The position numbers and the translations under genes were made by a program. The notes under the pieces were generated by a model that was not told the DNA's origin, searched no databases, and saw only the letters and a program-made list of their open reading frames with translations. Positions 11,582 through 24,833 of a stretch of 64,000 bases of DNA are shown here, in pieces; within the stretch, counting starts at the first letter, position 1, and each line of letters opens with the position of its first letter. Location of the stretch: contig NIVC01002676.1 in NCBI GenBank assembly GCA_002269645.1, forward strand, positions 1-64,000, written 5' to 3'. Origin of the DNA: Macrostomum lignano. Lineage: Eukaryota.

Positions 11582-14416
11582 TTAACCGGAAGTGACACCT
11601 ACAAAATTCGATGCGAGGTGAAAACTTGCGGCTTGAGAATCTCAATGAGAATTATTTGTAAAATTATTTATTAGCTCTTGTTTCTACCTGAGGCGCCGGC
11701 AACGCTCGGATTAGACTGCGGCAGGCCGCCTTGTGCTGACACCACCGGAACTGAAATGCAGGGTTGGAAGCGGTTCTGATTTGCAGGAATAGCAGGGTTG
11801 GAAGCGGTTCTGAAATGCAGGGTTGGAAGCGGTTCTGATTTGCAGGGTTGGAAGCGGTTCTGATTTGCAGGGTTGGAAGCGGTTCTGATTTGCAGGGTTG
11901 GAAGCGGTTCTGATTTGCAGGGTTGGAAGCAGTCAGAGCAGTACTCAGCAACCCACCAAAGTAAGGGTGGTCCATGGCCTCCTTGGCTGTTAGTCGGTCA
12001 TTGTGATCGTAGCGCAGCAGCCGGTCAAGGAAGTCCAGCGCCTCCGGACTGACCAGATACTGATTGCCGCTGTGCACAAATCTTTCCCAACGCTTGCGAC
12101 TGTGCTTAGCCAGGATGTCGTTGAATCTCGGGTCCAGCACAATCTGGTACTTGTTAATGTAGGCGTACAGATCGTCAGTGCCCAGCACTTTGGCGATGCG
12201 GACAAGCTGATCGTAGTTGTCCTGACCGTGGAAGAACGGCTCTTTCTTGAAGATCATTGAGGCGAACATGCAGCCGAGGCTCCACATGTCCAGTGAGTAG
12301 TCGTACATCTGGAGGGGCGGCGCGAGGAGGCGGAACTTTACAATTAGGTGAGAAGCGACAATATGGCAATGGTTAAAACATGGAAGCGGTTCTATGAAGG
12401 GTGGAAGAAATTCTATGGGAGGGAGTAAGTAGAATCGGGTTTGGAACATGAAAGCGGTTTTTATGAAGGGTTGGAACATGGAAACGGTTCTTATGAAGGG
12501 TTGGAACATGGAAACGGTTTTTATGAAGGGTTGGAACATGGAAACGGTTTTTATGAAGGGTTGGAACATGGAAACGGTTCTTATGAAGGGTTGGAACATG
12601 GAAACGGTTTTTATGAAGGGTTGGAACATGGAAACGGTTCTTTGAAGGGTTGGAACATGGAAACGGATTTTATGAAGGGTTGGAACATGGAAACGGTTCT
12701 TTGAAGGGTTGGAACATGGAAGCGGTTCTTATGAAGGGTTAGAACATGGAAGCGGTTTTTATGAAGGGTTGGAACATGGAAACGGTTCTTATGAAGGGTT
12801 GGAACATGGAAACGGTTTTTATGAAGGGTTGGAACATGGAAACGGTTCTTTGAAGGGTTGGAACATGGAAACGGATTTTATGAAGGGTTGGAACATGGAA
12901 ACGGTTCTTTGAAGGGTTGGAACATGGAAGCGGTTCTTATGAAGGGTTAGAACATGGAAGCGGTTTTTATGAAGGCTTGGAAGCGATTGTATAAATGCTT
13001 GAAACATTTAAGCGTTTTTATGGAAAGATGGAAACGATTTTATTAAAGGTTGGAATTGATTCTATGGAAGGGTGGAACCGATTTTATGAAGGGTGGAAGC
13101 GATTGTATAAAGGGTGAAAGCGTTTTTATGGAAAGATCTTCCGATTTTATACACGTGACAGTTAACCTTCTTTAAGATGGCGAGCTTTGCAAGATAATAA
13201 AATTAGGATATCCTGGCACAAACGCAATACAAACTGCACATTAGTCTGGGCCTACCTGATAATCAAGCAGCAGTTCGGGACCTTTAAAGTAGCGGGACGC
13301 CACCCGCACGTTGTACTCTTGGCCTGCGTGGTAGAACTCGGCCAAGCCCCAGTCGATCAGGCGGAGCTGCGATTTGAGTTCACACATTGTGGATATTCAG
13401 ACTTTGAGATTGCTATTGGGACTTTGAGATTGCTACTGAGGTTTTGAGATAAGCATTGAGATTTCGATGTTTTTATTTTGAGATTTTGAGCTTCATGGTA
13501 TGATTTTGAGATTGAAGCTGAGATTTTGTGATTGATGATGAAATTTTAAGATTGATGGCAATTTTTTAAGATTGATGCTGAAATTTTTAAATTGATGGTG
13601 AGATTTTGAGATTGATTATGAGATTTTGAGATTGATGTTGAAGTTTTTAAATTGATGGTGAGATTTTGAGATTGATTATGAGATTTTGAGGTTGAAGCTG
13701 AGATTTTGAGATTAATGTTGAAATTTTAAGATTGATGGTGCGATTTTGAGTGATGGTGAGATTCTGATATAGATGATGAGATTTTGAGATTGATGCTGAG
13801 ATTTTGAGATTGATAGTGACATTGAACCTGACGGTAAGATTATGAACTTGGCTTCATGCTGTAAAGTAAAATTCCAGCTAAGCTAATTTAATGTCGCGCC
13901 CCTGTCAGGTACCTTTCTGTGCTCGTGATCGATCATAACATTGTGCGGCTTCACATCCCGATGCATGATGCCCATGCTGTGGCAATAATCTAATGCTTTC
14001 AACAGTTCGAACAGATAGTACCGAATATCGTAGTCAACCAGAGTCTGGTAAAGCTGCTTGAAATCCGTGTTGTTAACGTGCTCAAATATCAGGGCTGGAG
14101 TGCGGGACACCGGGTCCTTCACGATGCCGTGCAAGCTGATGATATTTGTTCCGCCTTTCAAATTCTCCAATATTTTAATTTCCCGTTTAATCTTGCGCTT
14201 CTTAACCGGCTTCAGCACTTTGATAACCACCTTCTCGTTGTTGGATATGTTAATACCCTCGAATACTTCCGAGTATTTGCCGCGGCCGAGTTTGCGCACA
14301 ATCTGATAGTCGTCCTGGTTGCCCCACTCCACTACCAGGGCTTCGTAGTCCCAGTAGTCGCGCTCTCTAACGGCATTGGCGTCTGCGTAGACGCGAGCCT
14401 TGCTGGGCAGGGGCAT
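11582..14416 (-). CDS. CSNK2A1: Casein kinase II catalytic subunit alpha (348 aa, 5 coding exons)
   Basis: Exons 14416-13913, 13366-13256, 12308-11957, 11750-11688 and 11598-11582, all GT-AG and phase-consistent. Signature peptides [58 protein letters not shown]. Confidence 0.97.
11752..11935. repeat. 25-bp minisatellite (about 7 copies) abutting the acceptor of CK2 intron 3
   Basis: Unit gatttgcagggttggaagcggttct. Confidence 0.9.
12375..13135. repeat. 30-bp minisatellite in CK2 intron 2
   Basis: Unit ttggaacatggaaacggttcttatgaaggg; homogeneous core 12440-12975 with degenerate flanks. Confidence 0.92.
13400..13825. repeat. Degenerate ~20-bp tandem repeat in CK2 intron 1
   Basis: Recurring gagattttgagattgat(g/t) units. 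Confidence 0.8.
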
Positions 14417-15269
14417 CTGGGCTTGTGGGGGGGGGGGAGTCTCTTGGAGTTGGGCACTGGCTCTGTCTGCCTCAGATTGCTTCCGTTTAGCTTAGCCTGC
14501 GTCAGTTGCTAGGCATGCAGAGCTGCTGCAATTGGTACAAATGACAGCTAATCATATTTTCGACATGACACATCAACCTGTATTTTTTGCACCCTGAGTA
14601 AAAACTGTGTTTTCAAAGCTGGGATATTATTTCAATCAATTTCATTTCATTTCAATTAGGATTCTTGGAAATTCAAGTCTTTTATTGGGTCAAAAATATG
14701 CTATTGATAAAAACTAGACTATTATATATTGTCATGATAAACAATAGCACTCTTAAGACAACAAAAAGTATCAATCCAACTAAAAATAGATACTTTGTAA
14801 TTTTATATTGAATATTTGTATTTTAAAATGTTAATAACATAACCAACACTGATACCCTAAATAATACAATAAAATAATAGATCATATACACTATAATCAT
14901 GACTTAAATATTTATGATAGAATGAATAATAATAAATAGAAATAAAAACCAGCTACAAGCAGAATAAAACTTATTAGTATAATTGAGGCAGGCTTCTTTT
15001 CTTTAATAAGATTAGAAAGACAGCCAACAAAAAACATTTCCTTTTTTGAGTATTTGTGGATACCAATGGCAAATAAAACAAAAACTTTATTTGTACCATG
15101 TTTCTCTGAATATAGAGCATTGTCAGGTAGAATAAAATATTTGTGAGACTAACAAGGTAAGAGAGATGCAATATATATATTATCATTTAGAGCATAGTAT
15201 AACAAAAAGCTAGAATTACACAATAGTAAAATTGCACAGTTGATAGAACTAAAAAATTCTAAGGTGAAC

Positions 15270-16500
15270 ACTGCTGCCTCTCCCTGCTAATTGAGCATTA
15301 AGAGAGGGTTTGCAATCTTTAATGTGCAATGCTTCCAATATAGAAAGTTTACTATAGTGCTCAATGCAATTGATAAAATTTTAAAATTGTGAGCAAGGTT
15401 CACATTAACACACTGGTTGCACATGAGTAGGTGGTCTTGAATTGCACTGGCCTTGGTACAGTGTTTCATCATCCTAGTAAACAAGTGTTGTTCTGTCTTA
15501 CCAATGTAAGGATAGCTCTGCATAAAGCTCTTTATACTTTGGTGCTACCAGCATTAAATTTCAAAAGAAATTAATTGAGATTTGTTGCAAGTATTTTGAC
15601 TCCAATATCAGTTATGTTTTTGGCACTTCCAAGTTGTCCAACTTTAGAATACTTAGATAGAATAGCTAATAGAATAAGCTATGATCCTAGTATTCTCTAG
15701 ACTAAAAGAGAAACCCTTAATAAAAACAAATATAAAGAATAAAATCAATGATAAATACAACTTATTAGTAATTTTGTATTTTAAAAAGATAGGAAAAGAG
15801 CCTTGTAGACTCAATATAGGGCAAATATGTTATATAGTAGACTTATAACTTAAGTAGGCTTAGTAATATAGACCTAACTCAATTATTTAGGTATACTACC
15901 AAAACAATACAAGTAGTTAACAATATTTGCACCTATAACTATTATACTAGTTGGACAACCTGCTCAAATAAAATGAGTTGTTCACCAGTTTTTATTAGTC
16001 AACAATTTTTTAAAACTTAAACTAGCTAAACAGTATAAATTCTTAATTTGAACTCTATATTTTTTAGATATGAATAAAAAATATTGAATTCTAGTATATT
16101 TTATATAAAAAATAGAAATCAATAAAACACTTTCAATTCTTTAAACAAAAGTTCAAAATATAGGGTGAAAATTAATATTAAGCCAGGTCTGTTATTTTCA
16201 AATTTAATTATTAGCTAGGCTGACAATTTTACTTTTTAATAATTTATAATAAGAACTTTTATATCATAATTATAAAACATTCTTTAAGCCAAAAAAATGC
16301 TAGAATTTTTTGCCCTTTTCACTTAGAATTTTGGCATAAATTTTCAACTTGGTATATAGAACTTTTGGCATAATTTTAGTATATAGGACATTTATTGATA
16401 TACAAAATAGCCATTTGGTATAGATAGGCCCTTAATCAATATATTAAATAGTATAGCTTGATTTTGAATATGGAAAACTTATAAAATAGATAAAAACAAG
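15270..16500 (-). mobile_element. Decayed Penelope-like retroelement (GIY-YIG endonuclease remnant)
   Basis: ORF 15287-15523 reads YIGKTEQHLFTRMMKH...SAIQDHL..C..C...NFKIL, the typical C-terminal GIY-YIG pattern of Penelope elements. Upstream AT-rich sequence has only faint, stop-riddled RT-like remnants, so the 5' boundary is approximate. Confidence 0.6.
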
Positions 16501-17204
16501 TGTACAACTTTATTAATCAATGAAATAAAAAAAAGAATATAAAGAAACAAGTTTTAAACTATAAAAAACCTTTGCTTTATTATAAAAACTTTACAAAATA
16601 AGAGATACAAAAACACTGTAAAAGGCTGACAAGTAAATAAGATAACTTGATCACTAAATTGCTATTGTATTACATCAGAGGACAAAAAACAAATCCAGAA
16701 ATTCATTCTAGACAAATCTAGTAATCTGTCATCTAGTAATCTAGTAAATCTAGTAATCTGAAAAAATCTAAAAATTCATTCTAGAGCCTGTAATTTTTAA
16801 TCAGCCAGAAAAAGTATCAAATTTAAAGTATAAAACTAATGTATGAATATGAACTACAACTATAGTCTATAAGTTATAACTTCATTAGTATATGATGATT
16901 ACATTACAACTACTGAACTGTGTTGGTTTATCAACTGACAAAAACAAGAACAAATGGAAATACTCTATTGAATTTGGTAATTCGGTTAAAGATAACCTCT
17001 TAGTAGAACACAAACAAACAGGTCGTCATAATAATTGGCAAAAATTATTGTGACGAGGAAGTTAAATTTTAGTACTTTACTAAATAAATATTTTTGTGCT
17101 AAAAGTTGGATAATCAGAAATGTTTTTTGACCTATTATGCTACCTAAATTTTGTTTTCGTGTAAATATATTGTGATGGTAAAAAAGACTTTCGTTTTTCT
17201 CGTT

Positions 17205-17218
17205 GTCACCAAGGCAAC
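17205..17218 (+). promoter_or_regulatory. RFX X-box upstream of the ciliary gene CCDC113
   Basis: GTCACC-AA-GGCAAC fits the GTNRCC-N0-3-RGYAAC consensus, about 120 bp before the ATG at 17336. Confidence 0.65.
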
Positions 17219-17335
17219 TTATTTTAAGATGTGTAAAATCGTGAAATATCGAATATTATTACCAAAGGCAAGGCCTGCAAATCTATAGATGTGAGAAACA
17301 TTCTGATTTTCACAAATTATTTTTCGAAATTTTAA

Positions 17336-19367
17336 ATGGCAGACTCCGAGTCAACTAGCGAGTTCGAGAGCGAGACTGTGGACGATCCTATCCAGAATTT
17401 AAGTAACGAAAAGCTGTATGAGCTTCTGCAAAATATTCTGTAAGTACATGTACGTCTTACATGTACATGAATTGTTTTCTTATATTCTTTTGATTGAAAA
17501 GTTATGTTTTATTATATTTTTTCAATTTAAATATCTAGCTGTATTGTAAAATTGTTTCGGGTCATGTTCATAAATATAAGCTTGTCAATATCATTTATAG
17601 AAACAGAATGATCGTCAATTTGTCAAAACCATGAAAGCAAATATTTTTTAATAATTCAAACGTGCTCAGCACAGAGAACGAGAAGCTTACGATGGAGAAC
17701 GAGATGTTTGAGAAATTTCTTCGACGAGTAGAGCCGAACGCGCTTGGCGGAGGTGCAGGCTTGCTCGGATCTTCCACGGCGTCTCAGGCCTCGCAGCAGG
17801 AGGCGGCGCCAACCCGCGGCGTGCGCAAACGCAGCCGAAGCAAGGGCTCCGCCTCGGAGCGGACTCTGCGACTGACCGCTGAGCAGAAATGCGACATTGC
17901 GCAGCGCGAGATTGAGGAACTCCGAGAGGAGCTCAAGCGAATGGAAGGCGATTGCGAGAAGGTGAGCCATAGTGTAGCAAATTTGCAAATTTGTTGTATC
18001 TTTACTTGTAAGATACGTACTAGCTTATCTGCTAGATGCATAGTCCATAGTCTATATAGTACGTAACTGCCAGATACAGTTAATACCGGTTTATCCACTA
18101 AGCTGGGTTGTTTGGTGTATATTGATGTCAACGGCATCTGATCGACAATTGGTTTTGGCAACCTGACTAGGGACCAAAGGGCCAAAACGTCATTAAAGAT
18201 TTTTAGTCGGATACTCAGTTGCCGTGTCTAATACGCTCGTACTATAGATTAATTTCAAATACTCCTTTTGTTTTCAGTATTATAGATCACGCTGACATTG
18301 TGATAGTCATATTAGTGACTTTGTGTATTTGAGTTTAGTTTTGTAACTCGTTTCGCTTGATCGATTAGTCCATACGTTCATTTCATACGTTCACTCGGTA
18401 TATTTGAAGTATACTGCAGTACAAGCAGTCATTCCGTCTTGCCCACAACGCAGATCATCGACAAGAAGTTGGCCATGATCGAGGAGACGCAGGTGCGGGC
18501 TATCGAGATTAAAAAGTTCGAGCACGAATTCCATCGCGACGTCATCGTTGGCGGAGTCAGCAAGCGAACTGGCAAGGTTGAATGCGAGAAATTCGAGCGC
18601 CATCATCGCGACCTGATCGGCAAGCGGCACGCGCTGATCAACAAGCTGGTGCTGAAGAACCAGGCCCTGAAGGTGTCCCTGAGGAAACTCAAATCACAAC
18701 TCCGCCAGAAAGAGGAAATGGGCGACGTCCTGTCCAAGGTGGACTTCGATCAGCTGAAGATCGAGAACTCACAGTACATGGACAAAATAGACGAGAAGAA
18801 TCAAGAGCTGCTCAAACTGAAGCTCATGGCTGGTCGTACGCTTCAAGTGCTGAATCAGCACAAGAAGAAGCTGGCCTTTCTTAACAAAGAACTGGACCGC
18901 ATCAAAGCGGACATTCAGCAGCGCAACGACCTGCTTAGAAGGGTGGACGCTGAGGCGACCATCGCCGAGGAGGTGAGAAGCAGTTGGAAATGGCGCGCTT
19001 TCACCAAAACTAGCTTTGGCAGACTGGTAGCTTAACCTCTGGATCTGGGAGGGGTTAGCGGCAAAGTCTGAGGAGTTGAGGATCTAAGAGAGTGGAAACA
19101 CCGCATCCCAGTCTAGGCGTAAGCAAACCAAAAAATACTGAAAACCCACAGGAGCGACTCAAAGCCGAGGTGATCAACAGACGACTCCGCGAGCAGCTCT
19201 CGGACTACAAGGTGCCGGAGGTGCTGGAATATGTCAACTGCATGGCCGATCTGTACGAGCTGCAGAAGAAGGAGCGCATCTGGGACCGGAAAGTAGACAT
19301 CGCCAAGATGGCTGTGGACAGGCACCAGCGAATCTGGAAGCAGATCGCCAAGGAAAGTCAGAAGTAG
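17336..19367 (+). CDS. CCDC113: Coiled-coil domain-containing protein 113 (CFAP263; DUF4201 family), 4 exons
   Basis: Exons 17336-17439, 17670-17961, 18454-18972 and 19152-19367, phase-consistent. Peptides ENEMFEKF, RSRSK..LTAEQK, LRQKEEMGDVLSKVDFDQLKIEN, LKLMAGRTLQVLN, WDRKVDIAKM match recalled CCDC113 motifs. Confidence 0.92.
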
Positions 19368-19699
19368 TAGTCTGAACTGATGAAGACAAAGCTTCAGGAC
19401 AAGACGCGAAGCCTAAAATTACCAAAACTATTGTCCTATAATCATGCAGATTTTAGCTCGTAAACTAAGACTTATGCACAAATGGTATGCCACTGTTTTT
19501 AGTTACGTGTAGAGAATACTCTGTAAACTACCAAACAGAAATTGCACAGCCTTTTAAAATATTTACAACTAAATCATTGCTTTCGTCTTCCTTGTATTCA
19601 TTATTAATAGATCAAACTCAGGGACTTAAAAGTGTACAAGTTTACAAGAAACATTTATAACTGTTTACAGCATAGCTCGTATTAGCTAACAACCGACAT

Positions 19700-20670
19700 C
19701 ACTTCCGCAACTGTCACAACTTCCGCAGCTGTCACAACTTCCGCAACTGTCACAACTTCCGCAACCGTCACAACTTCTGCAACTTCCACAACCTGCACAA
19801 CTTTTGCAATAGTCACAACTTTTGCAGCAGTCACAACTTCTGTAACAGTCACAACTTTTGCAACCGTCACAACTTCCGTAACAGTCACAACTTTTGCAAC
19901 AGTCACAACTTTTGCAGCAGTCACAACTTCTGTAACAGTCATAACTTTTGCAACTGTCACAACTTTTGCAACCGTCACAACTTCCGTAACAGTCACAACT
20001 TTTGCAACAGTCACAACTTTTGCAGCAGTCACAACTTCTGTAACAGTCACAACTTTTGCAACCGTCACAACTTCGCAACCGTCACAACTTCCGCAACAGT
20101 CACAACTTTTGCAACCGTCACAACTTCCGCAACAGTCACAACTTTTGCAACAGTCACAACTTCCGCAACAGTCACAACTTCCGCAACCGTCACAACTTTT
20201 GCAACCGTCACAACTTCCGCAACCGTCACAACTTTTGCAACAGTCACAACTTTTGCAGCAGTCACAACTTCTGTAACAGTCACAACTTTTGCAACAGTCA
20301 CAACTTTTGCAGCAGTCACAACTTCTGTAACAGTCACAACTTTTGCAACAGTCACAACTTCCGCAACAGTCACAACTTTTGCAACAGTCACAACTTCCAC
20401 AACAGTCACAACTTCCACAACCGTCACAACTTCTGCAACAGTCACAACTTCCACAACCGTCACAACTTCTGCAACAGTCACAACTTCTGCAACATTCACA
20501 ACTTCCGCAACAGTCACAACTTCTGCAACAGTCACAACTTCCGCAACAGTCACAACTTCCGCAACAGTCACAACTTCTGCAACAGTCACAACTTCCGCAA
20601 CAGTCACAACTTCTGCAACAGTCACAACTTCCGCAACAGTCACAACTTCTGCAACAGTCACAACTTCCGA
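19700..20670. repeat. 18-bp minisatellite (about 54 copies) between the convergent CCDC113 and EXOSC3 genes
   Basis: Unit gtcacaacttccgcaaca with ttt/tct variants. Confidence 0.95.
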
Positions 20671-20971
20671 CCCCTCAGCTCCACTACAATGCAATCTTGG
20701 GAACCAAACAGAAAATTCGAAAACAGCTGAAATGAAACGAAAACGCTACAGTCTTAGTTAGACACTGTGATCTTATCAAGTCAATGAATTAAGCAAGCTG
20801 CAGTCTCACACTTGTGTATTGGGCTAGCGTACGAAATGCATTTTAATAAGTTTGATAATGGGATACAAGCGTAAAACAGACTTGAACTGCTGAGATGAAA
20901 CGCTGAACGCAGCGATGGTCTAGATGACAATTATTGATACAGATAAACAGTCGCCAAAGAAACCGAATGCC

Positions 20972-21171
20972 GTTGCTATGGGAACAGTAAATATAAATAT
21001 GTTGCCAAAAGAAACAGCATCCCGACAGCAGTTACCATGGAGACGGACGATAACGCACGGAATCGAATCAGGAGTCGCGGAGCCAGACAGTCGCTGCTCT
21101 GTCCCCCCAGGTTGGCTAACTGGGTGTCCCTACAAAACATATCGAAGAAATACGGGCGTTACCATGGAAAC
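20972..21171. promoter_or_regulatory. Cluster of 3-4 RFX X-box-like palindromes
   Basis: GTTGCTATGGGAAC (20972), GTTGCCAAAAGAAAC (21001, weaker), GTTACCATGGAGAC (21031), GTTACCATGGAAAC (21158). Confidence 0.55.
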
Positions 21172-21184
21172 CATTCACAGGCGA

Positions 21185-22611
21185 TCAGCTCCGAACGCCG
21201 TTGCCAAGGCCCAAAGTCCGCTGCATTTCGGCCACCAATTTTTGGCACTCCTCGTCCGGGCGCTGGTGAAACGAGGCCACTGCACCGGTCATGGCAACTG
21301 TGTGCGGCCAGGACGAGCCGCAGAGCCACAGGCGGCCGTTCAGGCCAACGGTGGCTTCGCATTTGCCCAGCTGATCCAGCAGGCCCAGCAGTCGCCGCTT
21401 ATCGGTCAGCAGGCGTCTGGCAAGCGACGGCGGCACAACAACCAGCGTCCCGGAGTCGCGGCCGACAACGCCCAGGGTGTCCGACCGGCCGTTCGAGTCC
21501 ACGCAGACGAGCTCGGGCTCGAGGCCGGGGTCGCAGCGGGCCAGGCGGGCGTAGACCAAGTCGCCAAGTCGGACATCCGCCCGGTTGCGCTTGGTGGCGT
21601 TCTCGAAGCTGAGCAAGCTGAGGCTGGCCGGCTCAGAGCTGCCGATGTCCACCTGCGATGGGGTTGCGTGCAGCTTGTAGTATGACTCACTCACTGCTTG
21701 TCTGACTGTCTGATGTGACTCAGTCACTTTGTGTGCGTCTGTCCGCCTTATGTGCGGCCTGCCTAAGGTGACTGTCTCAGTGTCTGTCTCAGTGTCTGTC
21801 TCAATGTCTGTCTCAGTGTCTGTCTCAGTGTCTGTCTCAATGTCTGTCTCAGTGTCTGTCTCAGTGTCTGTCTCAGTGTCTGTCTCAGTGTCTGTCTCAG
21901 TGTCTGTCTCAATGTCTGTCTCAGTGTCTGTCTCAGTGTCTGTCTCAATGTCTGTCTCAGTGTCTGTCTCAGTGTCTGTCTCAATGTTTGTCTCAGTGTC
22001 TGTCTCAGTGTCTGTCTTAGTATCTGTCTCAGTGCCTGTCTCAGTGTTTGCCTCAGTGCCTGTTTTAGTGACTGTCTCAGTGTCTGTCTCAGTGTCTGTC
22101 TCAGTGTCTGTCTCAGTGTCTGTCTCAGTGCCTGTCTCAGTGTTTGCCTCAGTGTCTGCTTTAATGAATTTCTTTAGTGCCTATCTGTCTGCCTAGCTGT
22201 CTTCAGGCCAGCAGCAGCAGCAGCACCACCATCACTCACCAGCACTGCGTCGCCCATAGACCGGCGGGCCACCACACCGATGACGCAGTCGCCGCGCGCC
22301 GGCTGATATCGACCACCCGGGCAGTCCAGCCAGAAGCTGCGGCCGCGCTGTCGCAGGTAGCCTGACCGAGTGGCTCGAACTTCGAACTCAATAGAATCGT
22401 CGTTGCTTAATAGCGCCCGGAGACCCACGCCCAGCACGCACTTGGCATCGGAGCCGGCCGGCTCGCTGAAGGCCAAGTCGCCGGGCAGCAGCAGCCGTTC
22501 GACGTCGCCGTCGGCGGCATCGTCGGCTTCTTCGCCCTCCTCCATGGACTCCTCGCCGAAGTCTTCATCGGGGTCGCGATTGATGAGCTTTTTAGCGTCG
22601 GCAACTTCCAT
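21185..22611 (-). CDS. EXOSC3: Exosome complex component RRP40, 2 exons
   Basis: Exons 22611-22240 (CTG|gtgagt) and 21652-21185. Peptides RYQPARGDCVIGVV and VDIGSSEPASLSLLSFENATKRNRADVRLGDLVY..EPELVCVDSNGR. Confidence 0.94.
21765..22160. repeat. 12-bp/6-bp microsatellite-like array filling the EXOSC3 intron
   Basis: Unit tcagtgtctgtc. Confidence 0.93.
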
Positions 22612-22631
22612 TGTGGATTGCTGCGGGTGTG

Positions 22632-23984
22632 CATTGATAGCCTGCACTGCTGTACATTGATAGCCTGTACTGCTGTACATTGATAGCCTGCACTGCTGTA
22701 CATTGATAGCCTGCACTGCTGTACATTGATAGCCTGTACTGCTGTACATTGATAGCCTGCACTGCTGTACATTGATAGCCTGCACTGCTGTACATTGATA
22801 GCCTGCACTGCTGTACATTGATAGCCTGCACTGCTGTACATTGATAGCCTGCACTGCTGTACATTGATAGCCTGTACTGCTGTACATTGATAGCCTGCAC
22901 TGCTGTACATTGATAGCCTGCACTGCTGTACATTGATAGCCTGCACTGCTGTACATTGATAGCCTGCACTGCTGTACATTGATAGCCTGCACTGCTGTAC
23001 ATTGATAGCCTGCACTGCTGTACATTGATAGCCTGCACTGCTGTACATTGATAGCCTGCACTGCTGTACATTGATAGCCTGCACTGCTGTACATTGATAG
23101 CCTGCACTGCTGTACATTGATAGCCTGCACTGCTGTACATTGATAGCCTGCACTGCTGTACATTGATAGCCTGCACTGCTGTACATTGATAGCCTGCACT
23201 GCTGTACATTGATAGCCTGCACTGCTGTACATTGATAGCCTGCACTGCTGTACATTGATAGCTTGCACTGCTGTACATTGATAGCCTGCACTGCTGTACA
23301 TTGATAGCCTGCACTGCTGTACATTGATAGCCTGCACTGCTGTACATTGATAGCCTGCACTGCTGTACATTGATAGCCTGCACTGCTGTACATTGATAGC
23401 CTGCACTGCTGTACATTGATAGCCTGCACTGCTGTACATTGATAGCCTGCACTGTTGTACATTGATAGCCTGCACTGTTGTACATTGATAGCCTGCACTG
23501 CTGTACATTGATAGCCTGCACTGTTGTACATTGATAGCCTGCACTGTTGTACATTGATAGCCTGCACTGCTGTACATTGATAGCCTGCACTGCTGTACAT
23601 TGATAGCCTGCACTACTGTACATTGATAGCCTGCACTGCTGTACATTGATAGCCTGAACTACTGTACATTGATAGCCTGCACTGCTGTACATTGAACTGT
23701 ACATTGATAGCCTGCACTGCTGTACATTGATAGCCTGCACTGCTGTACATTGATAGCCTGCACTGCTGTACATTGATAGCCTGCACTGCTGTACATTGAT
23801 AGCCTGCACTGCTGTACATTGATAGCCTGCACTGCTGTACATTGATAGCCTGCACTGCTGTACATTGATAGCCTGTACTACTGTACATTGATAGCCTGCA
23901 CTGCTGTACATTGATAGCCTGCACTGCTGTACATTGATAGCCTACACTACTGTACATTGATAGCCTGTACTACTGTACGTTGAT
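22632..23984. repeat. 23-bp minisatellite (about 59 copies) immediately 5' of EXOSC3
   Basis: Unit cattgatagcctgcactgctgta; ends about 8 nt from the AG at 22621-22622. Confidence 0.96.
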
Positions 23985-24485
23985 ACCACAAAGGATTTTA
24001 ACGACTAGCCGAAAGCAAATTTTATAATTAAGAGGACCATTTATTGCGATTAGGGCCAAGTGATTAATTGGCATGAGTACATCGTAGAGCTTGAAGTAAA
24101 AATGTGAAAGATAGGCACTTGAGGGAACTAAATATAGTGAAAGAAATCTGTAGCAAATCAGCTTAGGAAAAATCAATAAGTACAATAAGTACGATATCAA
24201 TATAAGTACTGCTCCTCGACATTTAATTGGAATGAATGATCAGATACAGTAAGTGTACAGTTAAAGGCGTTTATCTGTAAGCTGACTTAATGAATGAAAG
24301 TATCATTTATTAATACGAACTGGAAAGTTACAGGCCGAATATGTTACCTTTGCAAGAGATCGTAAGCTATTTGCTCATACATACTGCTCATGCATACTGA
24401 TCATCTACATCTACTGCTCATGCATACTGATTATCTACATCTTTTGCTCATACACAGAGCGATTGCTACTGCATCATTACGCCAT

Positions 24486-24833
24486 CTGATCAGTGCGGAT
24501 CAGAGCACACCAGCCCTCCCCGATCAGTGCGGATCAGAGCACACCAGCCCTCCCAGATCAGTGCGGATCAGAGCACACCAGCCCTCCCTGATCAGTGCGG
24601 ATCAGAGCACACCAGCCCTCCCTGATCAGTGCGGATCAGAGCACACCAGCCCTCCCTGATCAGTGCGGATCAGAGCACACCAGCACTTCCTGATCAGTGC
24701 AGATCAGAGCACACCAGCCCTCCCTGATCAGTGCGGATCAGAGCACACCAGCACTTCCTGATCAGTGCAGATCAGAGCACACCAGCCCTCCCTGATCAGT
24801 GCGGATCAGAGCACACCAGCCCTCCCTGATCAG
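24486..24833. repeat. 34-bp minisatellite (about 10 copies) overlapping the ELAC1 stop codon
   Basis: Unit gatcagtgcggatcagagcacaccagccctccct. Confidence 0.93.

Noticed and set aside
20924-21685. 253-aa (+) ORF
   Set aside because: Mostly the antisense shadow of GC-rich EXOSC3 exon 2; its AVAMGT and VTMET peptides are just translated X-boxes.
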